Assembly (NCBI RefSeq): GCF_009914755.1
Contig: NC_060925.1
Direction: 5' to 3' (one strand)
Source of the DNA: the human T2T-CHM13v2.0 reference genome, Homo sapiens
DNA: 64,000 bases
Shown here: in pieces, positions 26,894 through 42,697 of the stretch
How the letters are laid out: every line of letters starts with the position of its first letter
How positions within the stretch are numbered: the first letter of the stretch is position 1
The notes under the pieces: generated by a model
Seen by the model: the letters and a program-made list of their open reading frames with translations, nothing else
What the model was told of the DNA's origin: nothing
The model's database searches: none
Translations under genes and position numbers: made by a program

Positions 26894-27278
26894 TGTTATG
26901 GTCTGAATGCATTCCACCATATTCATATGTCAAAGTCCTAACTCCCAGTGTCTTTGAATGTGACTATTTGGAGATAAGGCCTTTAAGAAGTAGTTAAGGC
27001 TAAATGACATTATATGGGTAGGTCCTAATCCAATATAATTTGTGTACTTATAAGAAGAGGAAGCAAGAGCAGAGATGTGAGTGTACAGAAGAAAGGCCAT
27101 GGGAGGACACAAGGCAAAGGTGGCCATCTGCAAGCCAAGGAGAGAGGGCTCAATAGAAACCACACCTGCTGACACTTTGTTCTTGGACTTCCAACCTCCA
27201 GAACTGGGAGAAAATAAATTACTGTTTAAGCCACCCAGCCTGTGATATTTTGTTATGGCAGTCCTAGTAGACTAATAC
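26894..27278 (+). mobile_element. MLT1B-like MaLR LTR
   Basis: TGTTATGGTCTGAATG...GGCCATCTGCAAGCCAAGGAGAGAGG...TTTGTTATGGCAGTCCTAGTAGACTAATAC. Confidence 0.8.
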
Positions 27279-27319
27279 CCTGCCAAACCGGGGAAATGTC
27301 ACAGGTCTTAGGAGATTTC

Positions 27320-28430
27320 ATTCATTCATCCTTATTTATTCAACAATTATGTATTGTGATGCATGGCACTAACCTTAGATGCTGGAGACATAAATATGAC
27401 ATGATGTAACTACATGAAGCTTATCAAAAGTTAAGAGAAATAAATGTATATAAATATACAAATGAGATATTATGGTTCATCGTGAAAACATTATGTAACA
27501 AGTCAGAGTGAGGAAAAACTTGAGTAAAAACTTGGTAAATATAAACTAAAGAGCAAGGAGGGGAAGATAAAAAAAAGTTTAAAGTTAAAATAACCTTTGA
27601 ACTGAATCTTGAAAGATGTGTATTTTCCAGTCAGAAAGTGGAAGAGAATTTTGTTCAAACTATTTTTATATCACGAACATGGTCAAAACAAAGGTAGAGA
27701 GGGTAGCACAGCTTGGAATGCTCCAAGAACTGGCATCAATCTAATTGTCTGGGTCTTACAGTCTGGGAAGGAGAACAAGGCAGCAGGCAAGGCTGGAGAA
27801 ACAAATTTAGGCCAGATCATAAAATACTTTATTTATGTGTAGGTATACTCAGAAATCTGAAGTTGAGGAGAAAAAGAGAGGGTGAAGTCTAAAAAGCCTG
27901 CAGCTTATTGATGATGTGATTTTAGACAAGATATTCATGTTCTTTCTCTCTCATTTTCTTCATTGTTAAGGAGATAACCTAACTCATAGGGTTAGTAAAG
28001 GACTAAGTGGGTTGATACATTAAAAATTCTTAGGTGAATGCCTAATATTAAATAATTAATTTTACTGGATGGATAATAGTGGCCTTCAACAGAAAGAAAT
28101 GTAGGTAGAGCAACAAGACGGGAAGAAAGATTAGAGTTCTGACTGGAAATGGTTAGTGTTAAGAGCCTGCTTATTCATGTGGTGATGCCCAGGGTGTTGA
28201 ATATAGAGAAGTGAAGGCTTATAGTTAAGAGTACAGGTAGTAAAGCCATTCTGCTTGGCTCTGAAATGTATTGTTGGTGTGATTTTAGATAGGTTATTTA
28301 AGTTGTCTCTGTATTATTTTTTTTCATCTTTATAAAGAGGACATTTCAACTCACAGGGTTTAGTAGGAAGTAAATAAACTAACACATTTAAAATCCTTAA
28401 AGGAGTGCCTAGCATTTAATAATCATTTTA
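27320..28430. mobile_element. L2 and MIR remnants
   Basis: TTCATTCATTC..TTCAACAA L2 end; MIR cores at ~27900-28050 and ~28210-28430. Confidence 0.45.
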
Positions 28431-28588
28431 GTAGTAGCTAAAAGTTAGCTACTAGTACTATAAGCCTAGAAATCAGGAGAGTAGTCAGGTCTGGACGTGT
28501 AGCAGAGTAGAAATCATAGCAAAGGAATCTTGCACATGTAATTAAGGATAGTAATTAAGTCAATAAATGTACTAAAATAGCCCTCTTA

Positions 28589-31385
<2,797 letters not shown>

Positions 31386-31399
31386 GTCTTAGAGAATGA

Positions 31400-31890
31400 G
31401 AAATATGAAATAATCAATTATATCATTATATCCATGTATACCAATGTCAAACAATTGGAAAATAAAATCAAGTGATTCCACTTACACTGTGACCAGAAAA
31501 GCATAAAATATTTAGACATAAATGTAATAAAAGATAGGCAAGGTCTATACCTAAAAATGATAAAATATTGCTAAAAGAAATTTAAAAAGATCTAAATTAA
31601 TGGGGAGTTATATCATCTCAGAGATTATAAGATAATATTATGATGTCAATTTTTCCCAAGTGGATCTATGGATAAATAAAATTACAATTAATATGCCAAG
31701 AGCCTCTATGATAGAAATTAGAAATTAACATTTACATTTGTTTTAAATATATATTAATTTAATTCAGATTTATTTTAAATGTGTTAAATTTAAATGTTTT
31801 GAATTTATTAAAATTTAAATTTATATGAAAATGCAAAGGTCCTAGAACAACCAATACAATCTTGGGAAAACAGAACAAAGTTGGAATCTA
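31400..31890 (+). mobile_element. Old L1M ORF2 fragment
   Basis: AAAATATTGCTAAAAGAAATTTAAAAAGATCTAAAT...GAAAATGCAAAGGTCCTAGAA..AACAAAGTTGGA. Confidence 0.6.
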
Positions 31891-31899
31891 TTTTTCATT

Positions 31900-32385
31900 C
31901 CACATAACAATTTACCCATAAATGTATTGGCTTACAACAACCACCTTATAATACCTCATAGTTTCATTAGGTCAGAAGTCCAGGCACATTGTGGCTAGTT
32001 GGGTTTTCTGCTTAGGTCTCACAAGGCTGAAATCAAGGTGTCAGCCAGAGCAATGGTTCTCATTTAGGTCTTGGGTCCTCATCCAGATCAGTGGTTGTTG
32101 TCAGAATTAATTTTATCATCACTCTTTCCCTGTGCTTCCCTCTATTTTTAAGTCAGCAATATCATGTAAAACCCTTCTTATACTTTGAATCTGATGTTCT
32201 CTTTTGTCTCTGTATTTGAAAGGCTCATGTGATACATTGGGCGCATCTGGATAATCCAGAATAATTTCCTTATGTTAAGGTTAATTAAGCAATATTCTTA
32301 ATTACATATTTAAAGTCCCTTTACCAACACATTCACAGGTGTGCTATCTCATCATATTCATAGTCCTGGGAATCAAGGAGGGCAT
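31900..32385 (-). mobile_element. MLT1D/E-like MaLR LTR
   Basis: GGTCAGAAGTCCAGGCAC..TCTCACAAGGCTGAAATCAAGGTGTCAGCCAG..GGATAATCCAGAATAAT. Confidence 0.6.
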
Positions 32386-34232
32386 GGTATCTATCTTCTT
32401 GGTAGCCATAATTCTGACTAACACAGCAGCCTTACATTACTTGATTTTAAAGATTATAAGAATTATAAGAGGAGAGTTTATTAGCTTTTAACAGAAAAAT
32501 GGAAACCTAATCATGAGACAGCAGAAAAGGAAACTGTGGTAAATATAAAATATATAGAATTTTATAAATATGGATATAGGAAGTTGAATGAATTAAAGCT
32601 TGAAGTCCTAAAATTTCGTTGGGAAATAGATAAATTATCTTGTTGAGAAGGAGAGGCCATAAGTGGTGTTTGAATAGAAAGCTGTACTGTTGAAGATTTT
32701 AAATGGCTCTTGTAGGTAACAGGAGAAAGAGCAAGCAACTGTGGGAGCAGCTCAAGTTGGAGACCATAAAATTAATATTGGCATAAATCTGTGGGGCATT
32801 GATTTCTTCTAGACATTTTTATCCAAATACAGGAAATAAAGATAGATAGTTGAAATGTTCCAAGGGTTGTAAGGAACATTTTAGCATAATCAAGGCAATG
32901 AAATGAAAGAACTTTAGAGACACTGGAGAGAATGGACAAAATAATAATTGAATTAAAGAACCTCGGAGCCTACACTAGAAATGAAAATAAAAGTGTATAA
33001 AGGAGGTTATTTGATGGATGGGTGTCACCATATATTTGGAGGATATGTGTGGTGGAAGTAAAGGAAGAAAGGAGTTGAGGAAGAAAGGAGTTGAAAAGAT
33101 AGATTTTAGTTATAAATAAATATATAGGAGTTGAAGATTTAAGAGGTGGGGCAGTTCCAAGTGATAAGAGGATCTTTGTATGTGTCTATGGAAATCAGTT
33201 TATTAATGTCCGGTAGGATAAAGATTGTTGGTGTCCAAAAATGTTGATATTAGGTAATTGGGAGGGCTGTTCTTATGAATTTGGAAGTTAACAATGATTA
33301 TGGCAGAAATTGGATGGAGAGAAAAAGCTTCATAAGTCAAAATGATGTAAAGACCACAGTAAATGAAGATGGTAGTATGGGAGGTCAATTGATGACCAAA
33401 TAAGGACAAGTTGAAGATGATGTAATTGAAAAACCACTTTATTTTCTAGCTCTTCCATGCTAAGTGATACCCTACTTCAAAATGGACACCCTGCTCTCCT
33501 GGCTTGAACAGTATCATCACTTTCTCAGAGTACAGACATGAATATCTTAGAAAAACCCCTGACTAGCTTTTATCTGATACATAGATTCTTTCATTTCAAA
33601 GTCTATCTTTAATTAATGCTTAAATACTCCTGTGGGTATTTTATTAACTTTCTAAATTAGAGCTTTATGGTTCCCCTTTTTTCTTTTACTCTTTCTCATT
33701 CCACATAGCAGGATTAGGGAGCTACATTCTCAATAATGACTTCACTAGTTATGGAAATTTATCAGAATGCTTTTAGGTCAAGAGAATAAAGAATCATCAG
33801 CGGAAAAAGTATCAGAATTGAAAAATTTCAGAAGTCTCCAGTTAGATTTCACTTTTTGATCACATCTTCTTTCTGTATATTGATACCTAATCTTTATTTG
33901 AAAATATTTAGAGTAAAACTCAAAGATGCCTACTGGAACATACTACTCGCATAACCAAAACATTGCCCTATTCTTATGTGCTCTGCAGGTTAATACTTTT
34001 GCAGTAGCTTATGAGAGAAGATAATTCAGTTAACATATATTAGGATGCTTGTTTGAGTCTGTATTCTTTAAAAATTAATTATGGCCAGATATTCATTTTA
34101 CTGTGAAAAAACTAAGCTGATTAAATTAGATTGATTTGCACTAGATTTGTATTTCAATACATACTAGCTTTCATTTTCTTTTCCAAAATACTTTTTTAAA
34201 TTAAAATAAGTTATAGGAAATATTTCCAAAGC

Positions 34233-34271
34233 ACACACAGACACACACACACACACACACACACACACCAC
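34233..34271. repeat. (CA)n microsatellite
   Basis: Directly visible. Confidence 0.9.
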
Positions 34272-34869
34272 AAAGTGTACACTAAAGAAAATGATTTTAA
34301 ATATGGAGGGGGAAATATATAGTATTTTTCATACGTAATAAAGTATTACATAAAACACATCAGTAAATAGCTTAAATTGCTTATAAGTAGGAAAAGGCAA
34401 ATGCTTTTTTTATTTAAAACTTCTTTCTAGCACAGGCTTTTAAAAACAATGCTGTTTAAAAATTTAAATAAAATAAGCAGTTCTGAAGATCTCTAAATGT
34501 TTCTATACAAGCCTTAAATATGTATGTACATAATTTGGCCATTTGAAATAGCACTAGGATAAAACTGTGGCTGATCAGTTTCAATCTAATATCAGAGAAA
34601 AAATGTGTGAAAGACTTTGAAAGGGTAAAATAAAATTACTAGGAGTCCTGGCTAGTACACCCTTCAGAACTATCTGTGCCTTTCAATCTCCGTGAACAAT
34701 TTTACAACTCTAAATTAAGAAAAACTGTGAGCAATACAAATGATTCTTCTTTATAGAGATATAAATAATTGTGTTCAGCTAAGTTACGTTTGATTATTGC
34801 CCAGTGAATATTGACTAGTTTTGCACCTATCTGTGAATTTAGTTCAGCATTTTTGATTGCCAATATCAA

Positions 34870-34925
34870 TATAGACATAGAAGTAGACATAGACATAGAC
34901 ATAGATATAATATATAGATAGATAA
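34870..34925. repeat. (TAGACA)n / (TAGA)n hexamer microsatellite
   Basis: ATAGACATAGAAGTAGACATAGACATAGACATAGATATA. Confidence 0.8.
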
Positions 34926-35730
34926 ATGTTCTTTGAATTCTCATAACTGATTTATTCTTTAATGAGTTAAATGATATCTTTGGCATGTGCTCATTTTATA
35001 TTTATATGGGTCATGGTTTTATGTTCTTAAAAATGTTCCTTGGCAATTAATAAAATTTAAATTGACTAGCTGTAAGTTAAAATATTTTGAGTCAACAAAG
35101 CTCCTACTTTACCAAATTTGGTTTAAAACTTTAAAACCTTCACCATAAAACAATTTCTATTTTTGCAATTCTTTGAGAAAGTTTTGTCCAAAGTGTGCCC
35201 TAAGAATTATTTTCTGAGATATTTCTTGAAAGGAAAGTTTTATGGTAAAATACATGTGTAAAATGCAATATATCTTTCTGGTAGGAATCCTAATGGTCTT
35301 TACTGCACAACTGTCTACTGAGACTTAGAGGCTCTTTTTAATCAAGTTGATGTTTCTCAAGCAATTGCACTGTCAACTACTCTTCATAAACGTTTTGCTA
35401 TAGGTACAGGAATATTCACGATCTCCTTGATCTCCCCTAGCTTTACCTATTTTGAACTTTCCAACTTTGCTTATCCTCTTCTCCTTGCCTCACCTCTCTA
35501 CTATAATGGTCTCCTCTCACCTCTCTGCTTTTCCAATGTGAATCAACAATTGTACTTCTCCTACTACTATTTTTTGTAACAATTGAAATGTATGCTTATG
35601 TTTGCCACTGGACTGTGAGTTCTTAGAGGATAAAGAATATCTTATTCATCTTTGTATGGCAGGGCAAGGGAGAATTTAAGTGAAGTAACACTCTGGTTTA
35701 GTTAAGGCTTCTCTTTGAAGGTTTTGATTT

Positions 35731-36175
35731 TGGAGTAGCAAAAAATGCTGCCCCCAAATATGGCACATTGGCACACTATGTATTTTAAGCTGAAGGAAAC
35801 TGAGAAACTTGCAGAAGCAGAAAGATTGCTCTCAACTTCCGCCTCCTGTCTTTTAAACACTGTGACAAGTGCCATGCTTTAAACCATGAGGGAAGGAATA
35901 TTATATAGAAAGGCCAAGAAGAATCTGAACAAACAGGCCTTGCTTGGTACCCCTCATCCCCAGTTTATTACCATTAGGTCATACCCTTTTCTTTTTGTTC
36001 CAATCATACTTCTACAAAATTGTCTATTCTTCATCAAATCTAAGCATAAAAATAGTTGTCCCTGGGTCTTCATTTTAGAAAGCTTCTAGGTCACATAACA
36101 TTTTGATGAAATAAATTTGTTATGCCTTTTTCTTGCTAATCTGTCTTTATTATAGAAGTGTCAGCCATAAACCCA
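35731..36175 (+). mobile_element. ERV1-class LTR (MER34/MER39-like)
   Basis: ATGCTGCCCCCAAATATGGC..TATTTTAAGCTGAAGG start; AATAAATTTGTTATGCCTTTTTCTTGCTAATCTGTCTT end. Confidence 0.6.
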
Positions 36176-36827
36176 TTAATGTACCCGAAATTTTAATTGT
36201 CTATTCGTAATGTTTGTGTTATTGCTGGTATTATTATGTAACTCTGTTAATCTCATTGCTTTTTGCCATATTTCCCACCTCAATTTTCAGTTTCTTGGGC
36301 CAAATGATCTTTACATGACTACATCACCTGTAAGAGAACTCTTCAAGAGCTAGAAATGAATTACTACTTGAATTATTTGAATTGAAGGTAGGTACTACTT
36401 AGTAGAAGCACCAATGATCACAGAGGGGCAGAAAAAAATGTGCAGGGCAAATTTACTGCCATGAATTAAGCACTTGTACTAAGAAGTTTACTTAGTCTAA
36501 TGATTAGTGAAGCTACTTTCGTAACTTGGTTAATTACATTTTTACTCTATGTTTAATATTATTCTGATTATCTTCATTGTAAAAGCATTTAGAAAAAATA
36601 TACATTGCTTCTTATTCTAAATGACTTAAGTACAAATATGTAAAAAGCACTCTCTTCTCAGTGGTTGTTATATGACTTAAATGAGTTTATATACAACCTT
36701 TACTAATTGAGGTTCTCGCCTATTTTCCTCAAGAAATGTGTGTTGAATAAATTTGTTAACTAGGTACTATACTGGGCATTGAAATAGAAAGATGGAGTGA
36801 ATAATACAAAGACTTGATTATTTTCTT

Positions 36828-39800
36828 GAGGGGGTGGGGCCAAAATGGCTGACTAGAAGCAGCAGTGATTGGAGGCTGTCATCAAAAAGAACCATAACTG
36901 CCTCCAAATCCTGCACTGGCAACTGAGGTATGCAGGGTCTTCATCAAAACTGACTAGGGCCAGGTGAGGTGACTCACACCTGTAATCCCAGCAATTTGGG
37001 AGGCTGAGGGGGACGGATCACCTGAGGTCAGGAGCTGGAGACCAGTCTGGCCAACGTGGTGAAACCTTGTCTCTACTAAAAATACAAAAAACGGCTTGGT
37101 GTGGTGGCGGACGCTTGTAATCCCATACTCAGGAGGCTGAGGCAGGAGAATCATTTGGGAGGTGAAGGGTGCAGTGAGCCAAGATCATGCCATTGCACTC
37201 CAGCTTGGGCAACAAGAGTGAAACTGTGTCTCAAAACAAAACAAAACAAAAAACAAACAAACAACAACAACAACAAAAAACAAGAACTGACTAGGCAGCT
37301 GGTATGACCCATGGAGAGGAAGGAAGAGCAGTGTGCTGTGGTGGCCCACCTAAGAGCCACACGGGGCAGGGGAGCCCCCACACCCCAGTCAAGGGAGGTG
37401 GTGAGTGTGCTACCCAGCCTAGGAAACCGTGCTTTTTCCATGGAACTGTGCAACCCAAGGATTGGAGGATCCCACTCATGAACCCATGCCACCGGGAAGC
37501 CATGCAGATTCTCAACAGCCACTCAACTAGAATCTGCTTAAGACTCCCAGGGGAGGGGCAACCAGCACCACAGCTGCCGCTGCCTAATGTCTAAGCTGCC
37601 TGAGGTCCTTAGGGGAGAGGCACCAGCCAACACTGAGACTGATAGCTGCCTAACACATTAAGCTCCCAGGGCGGGTATGGGGCAGCAGCCATCTCTATAG
37701 CTCCAGGATATGCTTTTCCCCTGATGGAGCCAGGGAGTCTGGATAGCTTCGTCCCAAGAGGTATCCCCCACAGCCCAACACACCGGCTGTGGCAGACTGC
37801 AGCCAGAATGCCTCTTCAGGCCTGAACCTGACCCATCCCTCCTCACTGGGTGGGGTCTCCCTGCAGGAACTCCAACAACTCCAGCCAGGGGCTCAGGGAC
37901 AGAAGCCTGATCTCCCTGGGCCTGAGCCCCCAGGGTGAGGGGTGGCCACAGTCTCTGCAGACCAGCAGACTTAACCTTTCCTCCTGCTAGTTCTGAGGAA
38001 TCTGGGCAGCCCAGACAAGTGGGTTTCCCCCCCAGCAAAACACACCTTTCACCAAGGGATGGTCAAAGTGCTTCGCTAAACAGGTCCTGCTCCCTGTGCC
38101 ACTCAACTGGGTGAGACTCTTAAACAGGGATTGTCAGACACCCTATACATGAGCATTCCTACTGAGATCAGGTAGGTGCCTCTCGAGGTCAGAGATCCCA
38201 AAAGAAGAAGCAGGCACTCATCTCTGCTGTTCTCCAACCTCCTCAAGTGACATCTCCAGGCACAGGAGTGAACCAGATGAATAGTGCTTGAAGCGAACCT
38301 CTGGCAAACCTCAGCAGCCCTACAGAAGAGGGACTTGACCATTGAAATAAAAACAATCAAACAGAAAACAACAACAATAGCATCAGCAAAAAAGAGTTCC
38401 CAACTAAAGCCCTATCCAAGGGTGAGCAGCCTCAAACATCAAAACTAGACATATTCATGAAGATGAGAACGAATCAATGAAAAAATGCTGCAAAACCAAA
38501 AGGCCAGAGTTCCTCCTCTCCTCCAAATGATCATAATGCCTCTCCAGCAAGGGTGCAGAACTGGACAGAGGATGAGATGGGTGGATTGACAGAAGTAGGC
38601 TTCAGAAGGTGGGTAATAATAAACGCCACTAAGCTAAAGAAGCATGTGCTAAAGTTCTTAGCAAAGAAGGTAAGAACCTTGATAAAAAGTTAGAGAAGGT
38701 GCTAACTAGAATAACCAGTTTAGAGAGGAACATAAATGCCCTGATGGAGCTAAAAACATAGGACGAGAACTTAGTGAAGCATACACAAGTATCAACAGGT
38801 GAATCGACCAAGTAGAAGAAACGATATCAGAGTTTGAAGACTACCTTGCTGAAATAAGTCATGAAGACAGGATTAGAGAAAACAGAATGAAAGGAATGAA
38901 CAAAATCTCTGAGAAATATGGGACTATGTAAAAAAAAATGAACCTATGACTGACTGGAGTACCTGAAGGAGATGGGGAGAAGGGAATCAAGCTGGAAAAC
39001 ACATGTCAGGATACTATCTAGAAGAACTTCCCAAACCTAGCAAGAAAAGCCAACATTCAAATTCAGGAAATACAGAGAACACCACTAAGATACTCCATGA
39101 GAAGATCAACCCCAAGACACATATGGGCAGCCAGAGAGAAAGGCCAAGTAATCTACAAAGGGAAGCACATCAGACTAACAGTGGACCTCTCAGCAGAAAC
39201 TCTACAAGCCAGAAGAGAGTGGGGACCAATATTCATCATTCTTAAAGAAAAGAATTTTCAACACAGAATTTCATATTCAGCCAAACTAAGCTTCATAAGT
39301 GAAGGAGAAATAAAATCCTTTCCAGACAAGCAAATGCTGAGGGATTTCATCACCACCAGGCCTGCCTTGCAAGAGCTCCTGAAGGAAGCACTAAACATGG
39401 AAAGGAAAAACCGGTACCAGCCACTGCAAAAACACACCAAAATATAATGACCAATGACACTATGAAGAAACTGTACCAACTAGTGTGCAAAATAACCAGA
39501 TAGCATCATGATGACAGGATCAAATTCACACATAAAAATATTAACCTAAAGTGTAAATGGGCTAAATGCCCCAATTAAAAGACACAGACTGGCAAATAGT
39601 ATAAAGAGCCAAGACCCATCAGTGTGCTGTGTTCAGGAGACCCATCTCACGTGCAGACACACATAGGCTCAAAATAAAGGAATGGAGGAACATTTACCAA
39701 GCAAATGGAAAGGAAAAAAGAAAAACAAGCAAGGGTTGCAATCCTAGTCTCTGACAAAACAGACTTTAAACCAACAAAAATCAGAAAGACAAAGAAGGGC

Positions 39801-40488
39801 ATTACATAATGGTAAAGAGATCAATGCAACAAGAAGAGCTAACTATCCTAAATATATACGCACCCAATACAGCAGCACCTGGATCCATAAAACAAGTTCT
39901 TAGAGACCTACAAAGAGACATAGTCTCCCACACAATAATAGTGGGAGACTTTAATACCCCACTGTCAATATTAGACCGATTAATGAGACATAAAATTAAC
40001 AAGGATATTCAGGACTTTAACACAGCTCTGGATCAAGTGGACCTAATAGACATCTACAGAATTCTCTACACCAAATCAACAGAATATACATTCTTCTCAG
40101 TGCCACATGGCACTTATTCTAAAATTGACCACATAATTGGAAGTAAAACCATCCTCAGCAAATGCAAAAGAACTGAAATCATAGCAAACAGTCTCTCACA
40201 CCACAGTGCAATCAAAGTAGAGCTCAGGATTAAGACACTCACTCAAAACCACACAATTACATGGAAATTGAACAACATGCTCCTGAATGACTCCTGAGTA
40301 ACTAATGAAATTAAGGCAGAAATCAGTGTTATTTGAAACCAGTGAGAACAAAGACACAACATACCAGAATTTCTGGGACACAGCTAAAGCAGTATTAAGA
40401 GGGAAATTTATAGCACTAAATACCTACATTGGAAAGCTGGAGAAAGATCACAAAATGACACCCTAACATCAGAATTAAAAGAGCTAGA
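36828..40488 (+). mobile_element. L1PA8-10-like element: 5' UTR, disrupted ORF1 (~38460-39447), ORF2 endonuclease region; 3'-truncated; antisense to LRRIQ3
   Basis: GGGGCCAAAATGGCTGACTAGAAGCAGC 5' end; ORF1 peptide 39097..39447; endonuclease peptide 39809..40297 (LNIYAPN, GDFNTPL, SKIDH). Confidence 0.93.
36958..37284 (+). mobile_element. Alu (AluSq/Sp-like) inserted in the L1 5' UTR
   Basis: TSD AACTGACTAG at 36948-36957 and 37285-37294; (CAAAA)/(CAA) tail. Confidence 0.92.
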
Positions 40489-40511
40489 GGCCGGACACGT
40501 TGGCTCATGCC
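40489..40511 (+). mobile_element. Alu 5' head remnant (23 nt)
   Basis: GGCCGGACACGTTGGCTCATGCC, 19/23 identical to the Alu start GGCCGGGCGCGGTGGCTCACGCC. Confidence 0.65.
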
Positions 40512-40814
40512 AACTGAGGTTGATAGCACTGGTCAAGAGGCTGATGATGATGCCATTTGTGATAATAAGAACAACTCATAACTAAGAGGTAGATAGGTTT
40601 TGTTGCACAGGTGGAGAGATGGGGAAAGACAGAGTTATTTTATTGCCTTATCTTTGGTAATATATTAGTACATTATTTGTTCTTTGTTTTAATTTTTCAA
40701 AGTAGAATGTACTATGTTACAAACAGCATACTAATTATTAGGTCTTAAAATTTAGCATGCAATATTCACATGTAATTGACTTTAATGCCTCTGTTATATC
40801 TAAATTGTACCTAC

Positions 40815-41535
40815 CTAACTTTTTTCATTTCTTTAAGTAAATTCTTTCTATATTTTTCTGCTTTTAGTTTTTGCTTAACAATCAGGCTTTTCTCTTTTAG
40901 GACAGCCTCATTCTTCTCCAGTCTGTCAATTTTAAGTAGTCCTCTGGTCAAAAGAGTGCGCTCATTATTTAAGTTTTGAACTAATAAACGCTCTGAAGCC
41001 TTTTGGGATTTTTCTTTTAGAAACAGAGCTTTTCTCTCTCTAGCTTTTTCAAGGTAGTTGAATCTGTTTTGCCAAACTTGTCGTAAACTGTTCTGAATTG
41101 TCTCTTTATTTTCTTCAATTAGTTTTTGTGTAGCATATTTTTTCTGATTCAAATGTTCATTAACAGCTACTCTAACTCTTTCTCGAGCAACTTGTGCCAT
41201 GGCTACAACTCTTACTTTTTCTTTATGGTATTCCTGCTTCTTTTGTTCTGTGTAATATTTGTCAATATCACTAAATGTTCGGAGTTTCATACCAGCTCTT
41301 TGTGGTGCAAAAAACTCTTTCATACTCCGCTCCAATCGTATGTCTTTTTTAATGATTGGCTTTGGATGAGTAGTATAGATTGGCTGAGGATATGCAGGAA
41401 AAAAATGTTGTTTTTTCTCTCTCAATACTGCATTATTCTTCAATGAACCTGAAGTGTATATGGGTAGTTTGAAAACTGATATCCTAAAACTGGTATCCAA
41501 TTTTTCATCCACAATTTCATCTTCAGACTCCTGAC
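40815..41535 (-). CDS. LRRIQ3: LRRIQ3 penultimate coding exon (721 nt; G/QESEDEIVDEKLDTSF...KNLLKEMKKV/R), Lys/Glu-rich, likely coiled-coil
   Basis: Long non-repeat ORF 40811..41554; acceptor TTTGATGTAG|GTCAG at 41536/41535; donor AG|GTAGGT at 40815/40814; splices in frame to 26574; peptide matches recalled human LRRIQ3. Confidence 0.93.
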
Positions 41536-41861
41536 CTACATCAAACAGAAGCAAATATTATACATTATACAAGAGCTAAGTACATTTTATTTTCTCTCCA
41601 AATATATCAATAAACTTGATAAGAACCTGTTATTTACTTTACTAAGAAGAATTTTTCCCAAGTACCTTTTCAACTTGTGATTTAATAGTAACTTTGGAGA
41701 AGAAAATCACTATTAAAACATTTTCACATAGAAATGCACTGAATCTAATTCTTATATTTTCTGTATTATCTTCCACAATTACTTAACTTGCAGTGACTCA
41801 ATAGCAGCAACTTATCACATACTTAGTACTACTTAACCACACATATTATTTTTTCATATAG

Positions 41862-42229
41862 TTTGCTAAAAGAAACAAAGTTTAATTAAGCAAAGAATAA
41901 TTCATGAACTGGGTAGCACTGAGAACCAGTGAAAATTTAGAAAACTCTGCGTAATAAATGAGCAGGGAGTATTTATAGATAGAAAATGGAAGAAATATAG
42001 AAACAGCTTGATTGGTTATGGTTCAATTTTGCCTTATTTGGACATAATCATATCAGTTGGTGGCCTGTGATTGGCTGAAGCTTGACTGCTGTGATTGGCT
42101 ATGACTTAGTTATCTTTTACAAAAATATACCTGTAAGTTAGGCTTTCAGTTTGTTTACATACTAAGTTAGGTTGCAATTCATTATGTAAGGACTCAAGGA
42201 ACAGAGGCAGCCTTAGGCCACATTTAACA
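41862..42229 (-). mobile_element. ERV1-class solo LTR (MER57-like), sense to LRRIQ3
   Basis: Minus strand starts TGTTAAATGTGGCCTAAGGCTGCCTC; three CCAAT boxes, TATAAATA and ATTAAA in U3-R order. Confidence 0.7.
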
Positions 42230-42309
42230 AGTTATTAGTATGTCATATTTGCAAAGGGCATTGTAATCCATTTTACCTTATTTTTCTTAACTCTGGTGGA
42301 AAATAGTAG

Positions 42310-42697
42310 CAGCCATCAATCGTTTTTCCCTTTTTTGGACAGACAAAATTACTAAAACTCTTAGCTTCCTTTGCTTTCCTTTGTGTGACCATGGGCTAAG
42401 TCCTTTTTAATAGAGTGTGAACACAATTGTTATGTGTTATTCCTTGTCCAAGAGATTGTTTTAAGAAACAATGTGCACCTTCTTTCCACTACGTAGAGAT
42501 GAGAATGAAACCCCAAAAGATGGTGGAACCATAAGATAGAAGCCGCCTGCCTGCCTGAATCACTTGTTGAAAAAACTTCTCATGGACCAGAATCATCCAA
42601 GTTGGGTCATTTATGAAGCCAGAAATCAAAAGTAATTATGTTTCAGTCAATATGCATTTCTGGGTCTATTTGTTACTATACCCAACCTAATTAATAC
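42310..42697 (+). mobile_element. Old MaLR LTR (MLT1I/J-like)
   Basis: GATGGTGGAACCATAAGATAGAAGCC...GGGTCTATTTGTTACTATACCCAACCTAATTAATACA. Confidence 0.5.

Noticed and set aside
41536-41554. ORF-track start 'MLLFDV' for the 247-aa ORF
   Set aside because: This is a TTG in the intron upstream of the splice acceptor; the real exon starts at 41535. Likewise 26575-26633 of the 71-aa ORF is intronic.
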